From NCBI GenBank assembly GCA_016931625.1, contig JAFGEK010000219.1, positions 24,124 to 88,123 on the forward strand: 64,000 nucleotides of DNA, in the 5' to 3' direction. The position numbers and the translations under genes are program-made. Under the pieces are notes generated by a model, which did no database searches, was not told the DNA's origin, and saw only the letters and a program-made list of their open reading frames with translations. Source of the stretch: Deltaproteobacteria bacterium. GTDB taxonomy: Bacteria > Myxococcota > XYA12-FULL-58-9 > JAFGEK01. Positions 56,617 through 64,000 of this stretch are shown in pieces; position 1 is the first letter of the stretch; each line of letters begins with the position of its first letter.

Positions 56617-57401
56617 CAAATAGCCTTTCGGCGAGCAAATAAAATAATGGCTAATACTAAGGCACAACTAGCATATGCAAAAGCATAAACGGTCGCAAAA
56701 AAAGTAAAGGCCGCTGGCACCGCTAAATTATTGGCAGCTTGCAAACGTAACGATAGTGCTTGTAAATCTGGAAGTACTGCATGGGCAGCATATAAAAACC
56801 AACTAAATATCGGAGAGCTATCAATAAGCTTGTCAGCAAGTAAGACTATATCGTTAGTGAAGTTCCCAGCGACTACTACAGTAATGCTATAAGTGGCTGC
56901 AAAAACTGGGGAGGCAAAGCATGAAAATAAAAGAGACAAAGCTGTAACCACAATCATTTCAAGACAAGCAAGCCAAATGCTTGCAGCAAAAGCTTGCGGC
57001 AATTTATCACCGTACATCCACACGGCTAATGCTGTAGCAAACAACAGCAAGAGCACAATCATAACCATAGTCGTTAGCACGCCGATGTATTTGCCAAGAA
57101 CGAAAGCGCTTCGTGGCAGAGGTCGTGCTAATACCGGATAAGCGCTATGGCGCTCTAACTCACGACCAAAAGAGATAATCATAAGCGCGACCGCCATTAA
57201 ACTACCCATGGCACTTGCAGCAGCTAAACCAACATCCACAATAAGGCGCGCTCGTTCACCCATTGAGACTGCCGCTAGCGTTACCGAAAAACCTACCAAA
57301 GCTACACCAAACATAACAGCAACAACCAAAATACGATTACGTATTGATTCTAAAAAAGTTGTTATGGCAATGGCTAGGGTAGCTGAAAAATATCGTCTCA
57401 T
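56616..57401 (-). CDS. ABC-2-type transporter permease (PilI-like position)
   Basis: 261 aa with ~6 TM segments. It overlaps the ATPase gene stop by 4 bp. Confidence 0.75.
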   Translation of the reverse strand: MRRYFSATLAIAITTFLESIRNRILVVAVMFGVALVGFSVTLAAVSMGERARLIVDVGLAAASAMGSLMAVALMIISFGRELERHSAYPVLARPLPRSAFVLGKYIGVLTTMVMIVLLLLFATALAVWMYGDKLPQAFAASIWLACLEMIVVTALSLLFSCFASPVFAATYSITVVVAGNFTNDIVLLADKLIDSSPIFSWFLYAAHAVLPDLQALSLRLQAANNLAVPAAFTFFATVYAFAYASCALVLAIILFARRKAI

Positions 57402-58339
57402 AACGCACTTGCCTCAATCTTATTAAGCGATTCTGCTACAAAGACCTCTTCAAGTGAACGCCGCTGCGTCTGCACCGCCACTATTTGCGCTTGTGCTTTT
57501 CGTAATGTATCAATGATTTGATTAGCCGCATCGCTGTTTTGCGCCACAAAAACATCTGCATCAAAACGCTGGCTGCTCACTAGCGCTAAAGCGGCGGCGG
57601 CTTGACGAGCTTTTTTATTGCAGCCTTGAGCGATAATTTCAACACTCGCAGCAGTTTCTTCAAGTAAAGTATCAATAGTACCTAACTTTCGTACACTACC
57701 CTCAACTAGTATAGCCACCCGATCACAAATTGATTCGACATCAGGCAAAATATGGGTTGAAAAAAATACTGTTTTACCTGCAGCTTTTAAATTTAACATG
57801 ATCTGCCGCACATCGTGCCTGCCGATGGGGTCAAGTCCACTCATTGGTTCATCAAGAATCACTAGCTCAGGCTCAGCTATTAGTGATTGGCCTAAACCAA
57901 CACGTTGTTGCATTCCCTTTGACATGCCCCCCAAACGTTCATGCGCTACAGCGCGCATGCCAACAAGTTCTAAAACTTTATCAATACGCTGTAACGATTG
58001 TTTGGGCGATAAACCAGCAAGTATGCCGTGTAACAATAATAATTCATGCGCACTAAGATACTCAGGAAAATATGCACGTTCAGGCATAAAACCAATACGC
58101 TTGCGTGTTGCTACTTGCGTTACTGGTGCGCCAAAAATCTGCACCACCCCCTTTTTAGGTTTAAGCAAACCTAATAACGCTTTAATGGTAGTGGTTTTAC
58201 CGGCACCGTTTGGCCCTAAAAATCCAAATATTTCACCTGGGGCTACATTAAAACTGACCCCGCGTAAAACGGTTTTACGTCGTGACCAAAAATGCGGCTG
58301 GACACAATAATGTAAGTCTTCAATCAAAATCGGATTCAC
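57398..58339 (-). CDS. ABC transporter ATP-binding protein (PilH-like position)
   Basis: Walker A GPNGAGKTT, signature MSKGMQQR and Walker B LVILDEP. Confidence 0.9.
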   Translation of the reverse strand: MNPILIEDLHYCVQPHFWSRRKTVLRGVSFNVAPGEIFGFLGPNGAGKTTTIKALLGLLKPKKGVVQIFGAPVTQVATRKRIGFMPERAYFPEYLSAHELLLLHGILAGLSPKQSLQRIDKVLELVGMRAVAHERLGGMSKGMQQRVGLGQSLIAEPELVILDEPMSGLDPIGRHDVRQIMLNLKAAGKTVFFSTHILPDVESICDRVAILVEGSVRKLGTIDTLLEETAASVEIIAQGCNKKARQAAAALALVSSQRFDADVFVAQNSDAANQIIDTLRKAQAQIVAVQTQRRSLEEVFVAESLNKIEASAL

Positions 58340-58342
58340 TAT

Positions 58343-59194
58343 TTAAAGATCCTCTTTTTGTTTATGAACACGCAAGCGTTTGTCGTCGTTGCTGCTTTGT
58401 ACCCTACCTTGAGAATTGATAAAAAATTTACCCCCTAAAACTTCCTTAGGAATACTTCTTAAAAGCCCTGGTGCAATAAGCTCATTAATACTCTGTGGTC
58501 GGCGACCATTTCTTTTACTAAATAAATCAGCAATACGATTAAGTTCGCGCAGTTGTAATTCAAAAATGAGCAGTTGGCGACGCTCAAGATATTCTTGACG
58601 TAATTTCTCATCGGTTATGCCTTCAAGTAATGAATCAACTAACGCGATCCCTACTTCGGGGGCGCCCCCTTCTGCTGCAAGGCGAGCCGCCAATGGCCCG
58701 GTAATCGGTGGAGCAGCCGCAAACTTTGCTGCAGCAGCTAAAGCTTTTGCACCACCAATATAATCACCTAAAAAATAATAACGATTAAATCCTAATAAAA
58801 AAGGTAAGCGCCAATCATTGGGGCAATATTTTTGCCCACGTTCAAGAAACGTAACCGCAACTTTTATATCCATGCCTTTAACGGTTAGGGCCGTACCGGC
58901 AAAAAAATAGGCGCTATCAAAGTAAGGATCGAGTTCAGTAATGCGGTAAATAAACGGTTCAAGATTTGGATAAGACCACTTGTGCATGCCTTTGTCGCCA
59001 AAATGCGACAACGCGCGTAACCAATAATAATCGGCAACGACTGAACGATAACCCATGCTTAAAATATTTAAGGCGCGCATTGAAGGCAGTGCTTCGTGTG
59101 GCGAGGTGGGCATGGGTAATTTTTGCTCATGCAAATTGCTATGAATAAAACCGGTGATAATAACGCCTATAATAAAAACCACTAGCAATCGCAC
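58343..59194 (-). CDS. Membrane-anchored helical-repeat protein (PilG-like position), hypothetical
   Basis: N-terminal TM segment. TPR-like helical content. It lies 3 nt upstream of the ABC ATPase gene. Confidence 0.55.
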   Translation of the reverse strand: MRLLVVFIIGVIITGFIHSNLHEQKLPMPTSPHEALPSMRALNILSMGYRSVVADYYWLRALSHFGDKGMHKWSYPNLEPFIYRITELDPYFDSAYFFAGTALTVKGMDIKVAVTFLERGQKYCPNDWRLPFLLGFNRYYFLGDYIGGAKALAAAAKFAAAPPITGPLAARLAAEGGAPEVGIALVDSLLEGITDEKLRQEYLERRQLLIFELQLRELNRIADLFSKRNGRRPQSINELIAPGLLRSIPKEVLGGKFFINSQGRVQSSNDDKRLRVHKQKEDL

Positions 59195-59223
59195 GATGAT
59201 TCACCTTTGTCGCCATACCAATA

Positions 59224-59643
59224 TTATTGGTTAGTAACAAATCCCTCACTGAAAGCTGCATCAGCTAATCGTTTATCAAAAGTATGAAAAACTCGACCAG
59301 TTGGTTCACCAGCCCATACTAAAGCAGCTGCTAACTGTAAGGCATCAGCCGCTTTTAAGCTGTGCGTACATAATAACCGTACGGCTAAAGGTTTAACTTT
59401 TTCAACATCAATTACCATACGACATGAAGCTATGAGTTCATCGGCTCGTTTAGTTACATGCATTAATTGTTGCATATCAACAATACCTTCGCGATATCGC
59501 CGCTGCAAGGCCGAGATAATTTCTATTGGGGTTAAAGTCCAAACAACAATAGCTGCATCTTCATGCAACCATGATTTTGTTTTAATCGTAAATTTTTCTT
59601 TTATTAACAAAGGAACCAATGCTGATGTATCCCAAAACCTCAC
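59224..59643 (-). CDS. vapC: PIN-domain toxin (VapC family)
   Basis: MRFWDTSALVPLL ... SLKAADALQLAAAL ... FHTFDKRL. It overlaps the antitoxin gene by 4 bp. Confidence 0.88.
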   Translation of the reverse strand: MRFWDTSALVPLLIKEKFTIKTKSWLHEDAAIVVWTLTPIEIISALQRRYREGIVDMQQLMHVTKRADELIASCRMVIDVEKVKPLAVRLLCTHSLKAADALQLAAALVWAGEPTGRVFHTFDKRLADAAFSEGFVTNQ

Positions 59644-59936
59644 TGTTCACTCTCATCACGTTCTGCTAACACCGCATCTACAAGATTTAACTCCAATGAT
59701 GATATTTGTTTAAGCCATTTGGATGACAGCACTTTTAAGGGAGGGCGTAAAACCCCTGCATTTTCTAGTTCTACAATTCTTGCATCTTCAGTGCCCAAAC
59801 GATCAGTATTAGATGCCGGTGTTAGCTTTGCTATTACATGATTTCGATCACGCACTAATACGATTTCACCGCGCCGCACACGTTTTAAGTATTTGCTAAG
59901 ATTGTTTTTAAGCTCGGCGGTACCAATTGAAATCAT
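59640..59936 (-). CDS. Phd/YefM-type antitoxin
   Basis: ISIGTAELKNNLSKYLKRVRRGEIVLVRDRNHVIAKLTP. Confidence 0.85.
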   Translation of the reverse strand: MISIGTAELKNNLSKYLKRVRRGEIVLVRDRNHVIAKLTPASNTDRLGTEDARIVELENAGVLRPPLKVLSSKWLKQISSLELNLVDAVLAERDESEQ

Positions 59937-59944
59937 AGCTATTA

Positions 59945-59978
59945 TATAGCCTATTAATATAGCTATATCAAGGCTATA
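59945..59978 (-). promoter_or_regulatory. Operator-like TATAGC/GCTATA half-site array including 12-bp perfect palindrome atatagctatat
   Basis: TATAGC at 59945 and 59958, and GCTATA at 59962 and 59973. The palindrome is at 59957-59968, immediately upstream of the phd-type start. Confidence 0.5.
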
Positions 59979-59990
59979 TTATTTCATAAT

Positions 59991-60431
59991 TTAAGTGCCG
60001 TTAGCCACATTGGTTAAATTATTAGCATTATCGATTGTCCACGTGTCACAAGAACTTAAGTTATGAGCAGCACCGGTGGTAAACGCCGTTGTTGATTGAG
60101 AACCCGACCCCGCAGGTTTAGTGGTGCAAGTAGCATCTGCTGATGATAAATCGTTAGTGCCGTCTACCCAGTAATTATATTTATAGTTAGCTTCTGGCGA
60201 CCAACCGCAAAGGCCACATACATAGGTACTACGCTCAGCATAATTAGCTTTGGCAGAAGTAAAAAAGGCTTTAAGATTAGCTTTGGCTTCTGATTGTTTG
60301 GCTCTATTTTGAAACTTGGCAAAATTCGGTATGGCAATAGCTGCAAGAATACCAATAATGGCAACAACAATCATAATCTCGATCATTGTAAAACCGCGTT
60401 CTATTTTATGAAGCATAAGTTTCTTTTTCAT
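59991..60431 (-). CDS. pilA: Type IV pilin (class III signal peptide), paralog 1
   Basis: KIERGFTMIEIMIVVAIIGILAAIAIPNF (G/F cleavage site, Glu+5). The C-terminal region has Cys pairs. The ATG at 60431 was chosen over the longer ORF-track start. Confidence 0.93.
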   Translation of the reverse strand: MKKKLMLHKIERGFTMIEIMIVVAIIGILAAIAIPNFAKFQNRAKQSEAKANLKAFFTSAKANYAERSTYVCGLCGWSPEANYKYNYWVDGTNDLSSADATCTTKPAGSGSQSTTAFTTGAAHNLSSCDTWTIDNANNLTNVANGT

Positions 60432-60513
60432 TGCGTTACCTACAATCTTCATAAGGCAGTGTATGTTTGCAAGTGGCCTCATTGTGGACCAACTTTCACC
60501 TACATTCAACCAT

Positions 60514-60528
60514 GCAACAACAATACCA
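60514..60528 (-). promoter_or_regulatory. Sigma-54-type -24/-12 promoter upstream of pilin paralog 1
   Basis: The minus strand reads TGGTAT-tgttg-TTGCA (consensus TGGCAC-N5-TTGCW), ~83 nt upstream of the ATG. Confidence 0.6.
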
Positions 60529-60590
60529 AAAAATTAAATATCTCGAACACGTAAATTCAACAAATTAAGCCACCATACGCCTTGAAATAC

Positions 60591-60629
60591 TGACGTATTT
60601 TGTCACTCGCCTTTTTTATACTGACAATC
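60591..60629 (-). promoter_or_regulatory. Putative enhancer-binding-protein (PilR-like) sites: TGAC-N7-GTCA plus ctgacaatc
   Basis: tgacgtattttgtca at 60591-60605 and ctgacaatc at 60621-60629. The same two elements occur with the same spacing upstream of paralog 2. Confidence 0.5.
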
Positions 60630-60700
60630 CACGTCCATAAAGCTGTTTGGTGTAAAAAGAGCTTAAGATTGAACTTATGCAACCATTAATTCTCTTGCTT

Positions 60701-62608
60701 CTATTCTGAAGAATTAAGAGTGTTAAATATTCTAGCTGATTCTTTATCAAGCGCTAGTATTGCTTTGGCGCGGCCTTGATATCTCTGGGCTGCATTTTGC
60801 GCTAAAACAATTTTTAAGGTAAGCTCACCTATGCGTGCAATATCTTGTTCACGCTTTGCTTGCAGTGCCAATTGCACTAAAGCACGTGCACAATATGGTT
60901 CTTCAATTATGGCATTTTTATAGGCAACAAGCGCTTTATCTAATCGACCACTTTCTTGATAAGCATTGCCTAAATTCCAATAGGTAAGTGCATTATGCGG
61001 TTCGCCAAGTAGCGCCAATTGATAAAGGCGAATAAGTAATTCGTTGGCGACAGTATGAGGCAAGTGGACTCGCTCATTTTCAATAATCATTGCCGCGAGT
61101 AACAAAGGCTTAGGGTTAAGCGGAAATCTCTGTGCTAATTCACTTAAGTCTTCAGCAAATTCAATGGCTGATTTACCATTTTGGCGACTAAATTGTTGGT
61201 ATTGCAATGCAGCCCCTAAACTCCAAGGTGTAATTTTACTGGCCCAAGCAGCAACTTTTTCAGCTCTGCTTGTATTACCTTGTTTGGCGAAATAAGTGGC
61301 ACTTGTTTCTAAAAGTTGGCCAATTGCACCGGGGATGGCGAAAACTAAAACTAGTAGCGAGATAAAACGCAATGGCAGCAACTTCACCAAAGACACCTGA
61401 ACACTTATTTTTTGCTTTGGTGCTATAGCTTTTTGTTCTTGATAGCGAAAACGCGTCAACTCGGCCGCCCATATGGCCGCAAAAAATGCAATTACTGAAA
61501 CATGCAAAGTTGCGCCGAATAAAGCCGGAATACCAAAAGCAAACAACATTGCAGCATCATAACTAGCTTGTTGTTTTTGCTTAGTATCATCTGCGCGCAA
61601 ATTTGAAATTATATTAAATAATACCCAGATAATTGGTAGTAATACTGCCAAAAGACCAAACCAACCGAGTTCAACCCAAATATTTAATAACTCATTATGT
61701 GCATCACTAGCTAAACGTGGGTAGCGCACCATGCCATTATCAATACGAATGCCATGATGGCGCATGGCTGCTTCATAATTACCTAAACCTACACCAATTG
61801 GAGATTCGGCTAAGGCTAACTCAGCACTTGAGCGCCAAATAGCAAGACGCGAATACGCATAAGGATCGCTAGTGCTCTGCCAACGAGACTTGAATGTTGG
61901 TACCAAAAAAACAGCAAGCAAGGCTATGACAACCGCAGCTATGGTTAAACGGCATAAGCCGCGCATGAAAGTATACGCCAATAGAGATACCGCTAGGGCC
62001 AACCAACCGGATCGTGACTGTGTGCTTACCATTGCAATCAACAAAATTAAAAATACTACTGCCAATACTTTTCGCTGAGAGCTAGTTGAAAAAAAACGAT
62101 GGACAATAATCACTATTGCCGGACACAAAAAGGCTGCTAATTCATTAGGATTAAAAAAACCTGCAGTTGCTCGCCCGCCAATAAATACAAATTGAGCAAT
62201 AGCCCAAAATGCATGCAACATGGCGACCACCACCAAAGCGTTGAGCAACCTTTGATTAATAAAAGCGGGGCTACAGTTTAGTGCACCATAAAGCGCTACT
62301 ACTAATACCACCGTAATTAATGCTTGCAGCGCAAGACCAAAATTTACTGCAAAGATTAAACCTAATAACACTGTCATTACCGCCACCAAGGGTGGCAGTA
62401 TTTCGTACCAGCATAGTGAAAATGCCTTGATGCAATATAACGAAATGGTCTTGAAAATAACTAAAACCGCAGCCGCACGTAAAAAGAAAGCTGGTATATG
62501 TTCAGTCGCACCGTTGATCGCGGTGCAGCAAAATGCACTTAATGCAAAGACACCAATCCACCAAGGTATGGTACGAAGTATAAGATAGCCTTGATGGATT
62601 GGTGTCAA
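60701..62608 (-). CDS. O-antigen-ligase-family (Wzy_C) polytopic membrane protein with C-terminal TPR domain; candidate pilin O-glycosyltransferase
   Basis: STQSRSGWLALAVSL and DAHNELLNIWVELGWFGLL (Wzy_C signature region). C-terminal TPRs (YWNLGNAYQESGRLDKALVAYKNAIIEEP). TTG start, uncertain. Confidence 0.8.
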   Translation of the reverse strand: MTPIHQGYLILRTIPWWIGVFALSAFCCTAINGATEHIPAFFLRAAAVLVIFKTISLYCIKAFSLCWYEILPPLVAVMTVLLGLIFAVNFGLALQALITVVLVVALYGALNCSPAFINQRLLNALVVVAMLHAFWAIAQFVFIGGRATAGFFNPNELAAFLCPAIVIIVHRFFSTSSQRKVLAVVFLILLIAMVSTQSRSGWLALAVSLLAYTFMRGLCRLTIAAVVIALLAVFLVPTFKSRWQSTSDPYAYSRLAIWRSSAELALAESPIGVGLGNYEAAMRHHGIRIDNGMVRYPRLASDAHNELLNIWVELGWFGLLAVLLPIIWVLFNIISNLRADDTKQKQQASYDAAMLFAFGIPALFGATLHVSVIAFFAAIWAAELTRFRYQEQKAIAPKQKISVQVSLVKLLPLRFISLLVLVFAIPGAIGQLLETSATYFAKQGNTSRAEKVAAWASKITPWSLGAALQYQQFSRQNGKSAIEFAEDLSELAQRFPLNPKPLLLAAMIIENERVHLPHTVANELLIRLYQLALLGEPHNALTYWNLGNAYQESGRLDKALVAYKNAIIEEPYCARALVQLALQAKREQDIARIGELTLKIVLAQNAAQRYQGRAKAILALDKESARIFNTLNSSE

Positions 62609-62643
62609 TTAGCAACAATTAAGAGATAATTAAGTTACGTTGG

Positions 62644-63069
62644 TTAGGTGCCATTTGCTACATTGGTTAAGTTATTGGCATCATCAATTGTCCAGGTGTC
62701 ACAAGTACTCAAGTTATGAGCAGCACCTGTGGTAAACGCCGTTAGTGACTGAACACCCGATCCTGCTGGTTTAGTAGTGCAGGTAGTATCGGCTCCAGTT
62801 AAATCAACGCTGCCATCTACATAGTAATTATACTTATAACCCGACTCGGGTGCCCAACCGCAAAGACCACATACAAAGGTGCTATCCTCAGCGTAATTTG
62901 CTTTAGCTGAAGTGAAGAACGCTTTGAGGTTTGCTTTGGCCTCTGATTGTTTGGCTCTATTTTGGAATTTGGTAAAATTAGGAATGGCAATGGCTGCCAG
63001 AATGCCAATGATTGCTACAACAATCATTAGCTCGATAAGAGTAAAGCCGCGAGCTAATTTACGTACCAT
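62644..63069 (-). CDS. pilA: Type IV pilin, paralog 2
   Basis: KLARGFTLIELMIVVAIIGILAAIAIPNF. By eye, a large majority of residues are identical to paralog 1. AAGGAG RBS before the ATG at 63069. Confidence 0.93.
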   Translation of the reverse strand: MVRKLARGFTLIELMIVVAIIGILAAIAIPNFTKFQNRAKQSEAKANLKAFFTSAKANYAEDSTFVCGLCGWAPESGYKYNYYVDGSVDLTGADTTCTTKPAGSGVQSLTAFTTGAAHNLSTCDTWTIDDANNLTNVANGT

Positions 63070-63167
63070 GTGATGTCTCCTTTTACGCTCTGTTGCAAAC
63101 AACCATCACCGTGAAGGTTGTTGTTGCTTGTGTCACTTTGAACCAACTTAGACTTAGGTTCAACTAA

Positions 63168-63182
63168 GCAACTACAATGCCA
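63168..63182 (-). promoter_or_regulatory. Sigma-54-type -24/-12 promoter upstream of pilin paralog 2
   Basis: The minus strand reads TGGCAT-tgtag-TTGCT, ~100 nt upstream of the ATG. Confidence 0.7.
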
Positions 63183-63244
63183 AAAAAAAACTTCACTTCA
63201 AGTACACAAATACAGCAAGATAGATAAAACAACGCTACGCGTGA

Positions 63245-63284
63245 TGACAATTCTTGTCACCCGCTTAAGGTTTAACTGACAATC
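63245..63284 (-). promoter_or_regulatory. Putative enhancer-binding-protein sites: TGAC-N7-GTCA plus ctgacaatc
   Basis: tgacaattcttgtca at 63245-63259 and ctgacaatc at 63276-63284. They lie ~77 bp upstream of the -12 element, as in paralog 1. Confidence 0.5.
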
Positions 63285-63294
63285 TACGACTATT

Positions 63295-64000
63295 ATGATT
63301 TATTTCCCGAATTGGTTGTTATTAACGTATGTTAGTGTAGTCGGCGCCGTGGTTGGATCATTTTTAAATGTAGTCATTGCGCGTCTACCCGCAGGTGAAT
63401 CTATTGTATCGCCACGATCACACTGCCCAAAATGCCGCAGTCAAATTGCTTGGTACGACAACATTCCCGTGCTTAGCTGGCTTATTTTGCGTGGTCGTTG
63501 TCGCTCATGCAAAGCTACGATATCACCGCGCTATCCCTTAATAGAATTATTAGCTTGCGCTTTAATGACTGCCTTATTTTTACGTTTGGGAGTTACCTGG
63601 CAATTTGCTTTTTGGGCGCCACTCTCCATGGTTTTTTTAGCCATTGTATTTCTCGATATTGATCATTATTGGATACCTGATCTCTTAAGTATTCCGGCAA
63701 TGATTTGGGCATTGCTGGGTGCCTTTTTACCTGACCGTATTGGTATAATTGCTGCTCTTATTGGACTACTTCCCGCGCTTGCATTATTTCTTATCGCCAA
63801 AATTTTTAGTGCCATGATGCATCGTGAGGGAATGGGATTAGGTGATGTTAAGCTTTTGGCGGTAATCGGGTTGGCGCTTGGAGTTTTTCCAACCATCCTG
63901 GTAGTTTTATTTGCTTCGCTGCAAGGCACTATTATCGGCTTAATTATAATAGCTCTTGGTGGTCATAAGCCTAAAGAACCAGCAGCAGATGGTTGGACTC
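63295..64000 (+). CDS. pilD: Prepilin peptidase/N-methyltransferase PilD (A24 family); 3' end runs off the window
   Basis: This is my own translation, since the ORF is absent from the track (no stop in the window). MIYFPNWLLLTYVSVVGAVVGSFLNVVIARLP...SHCPKCRSQIAWYDNIPVLSWLILRGRCRSCKATISPRYPLIELL...REGMGLGDVKLLA. Confidence 0.92.
   Translation, partial: MIYFPNWLLLTYVSVVGAVVGSFLNVVIARLPAGESIVSPRSHCPKCRSQIAWYDNIPVLSWLILRGRCRSCKATISPRYPLIELLACALMTALFLRLGVTWQFAFWAPLSMVFLAIVFLDIDHYWIPDLLSIPAMIWALLGAFLPDRIGIIAALIGLLPALALFLIAKIFSAMMHREGMGLGDVKLLAVIGLALGVFPTILVVLFASLQGTIIGLIIIALGGHKPKEPAADGWT

Noticed and set aside
1-64000. CRISPR arrays, rRNA genes, transposases/integrases, prophage blocks
   Set aside because: I scanned for regularly spaced direct repeats, rRNA signature sequences and DDE/tyrosine-recombinase-like ORFs, and found none. 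The only tandem repeats are the 12-bp array at 23251-23302 and the 30-bp coding repeat at 51899-52048.

Overview
This is a bacterial chromosomal window, moderately AT-rich and densely coding. All calls come from reading the sequence and ORF translations by eye. No searches were run, and small-motif coordinates are hand-counted.

Lineage: the gene content suggests a Myxococcota/Bdellovibrionota-like lineage, which I cannot verify. The clues are AgmX/PglI-type domains, a PEGA domain, RCC1 repeats, and sigma-54-type pilin promoters next to a pilGHI-like ABC module.

Ordinary content:
- Core genes: htpG, a SERCA-like P-type ATPase, ccmF/G/H, an LpxL-like acyltransferase, and dnaB.
- A tRNA-Gln/prs/rplY/pth/rpsF/rpsR/rplI block, followed by hpf.
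- Envelope genes (GT4 glycosyltransferase, AmiC-like amidase, OmpA-like protein, MraY/WecA-like transferase) and a partial pilD at the 3' edge.

Second-look items:
1. A six-gene Hyf/Hyc-type membrane complex (12257-19647). Its 'hydrogenase' large subunit has substitutions at all four canonical [NiFe] cysteine positions, so it looks Ehr-like. An HTH-EIIA(Ntr) fusion gene sits immediately upstream.
2. An AT-richer two-gene module (32383-34325) wedged between the P-type ATPase and ccmF. It encodes an ABC/AAA_21-type ATPase plus a small protein with TOPRIM-like E...DxD...E motifs. It resembles split OLD-family or PARIS-like defence pairs.
3. Two paralogous sigma-54-driven pilin genes flanking a Wzy_C (O-antigen-ligase-like)+TPR gene. 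Promoter and upstream-site blocks are duplicated, and a Phd-VapC module sits inside the cluster.
4. A 16-bp perfect inverted repeat enclosing about 150 bp downstream of htpG, with a third copy of the core about 25 kb away.
5. An Ig-like-repeat/RCC1 gene interrupted by an in-frame TGA and a +1 shift at AAA-TAG.
6. A Ser/Thr-kinase C-terminal remnant fused to a TM segment and a PEGA domain.
7. Three VapC toxin-antitoxin modules, each preceded by perfect palindromes.

No CRISPR array, rRNA, transposase or integrase was seen.
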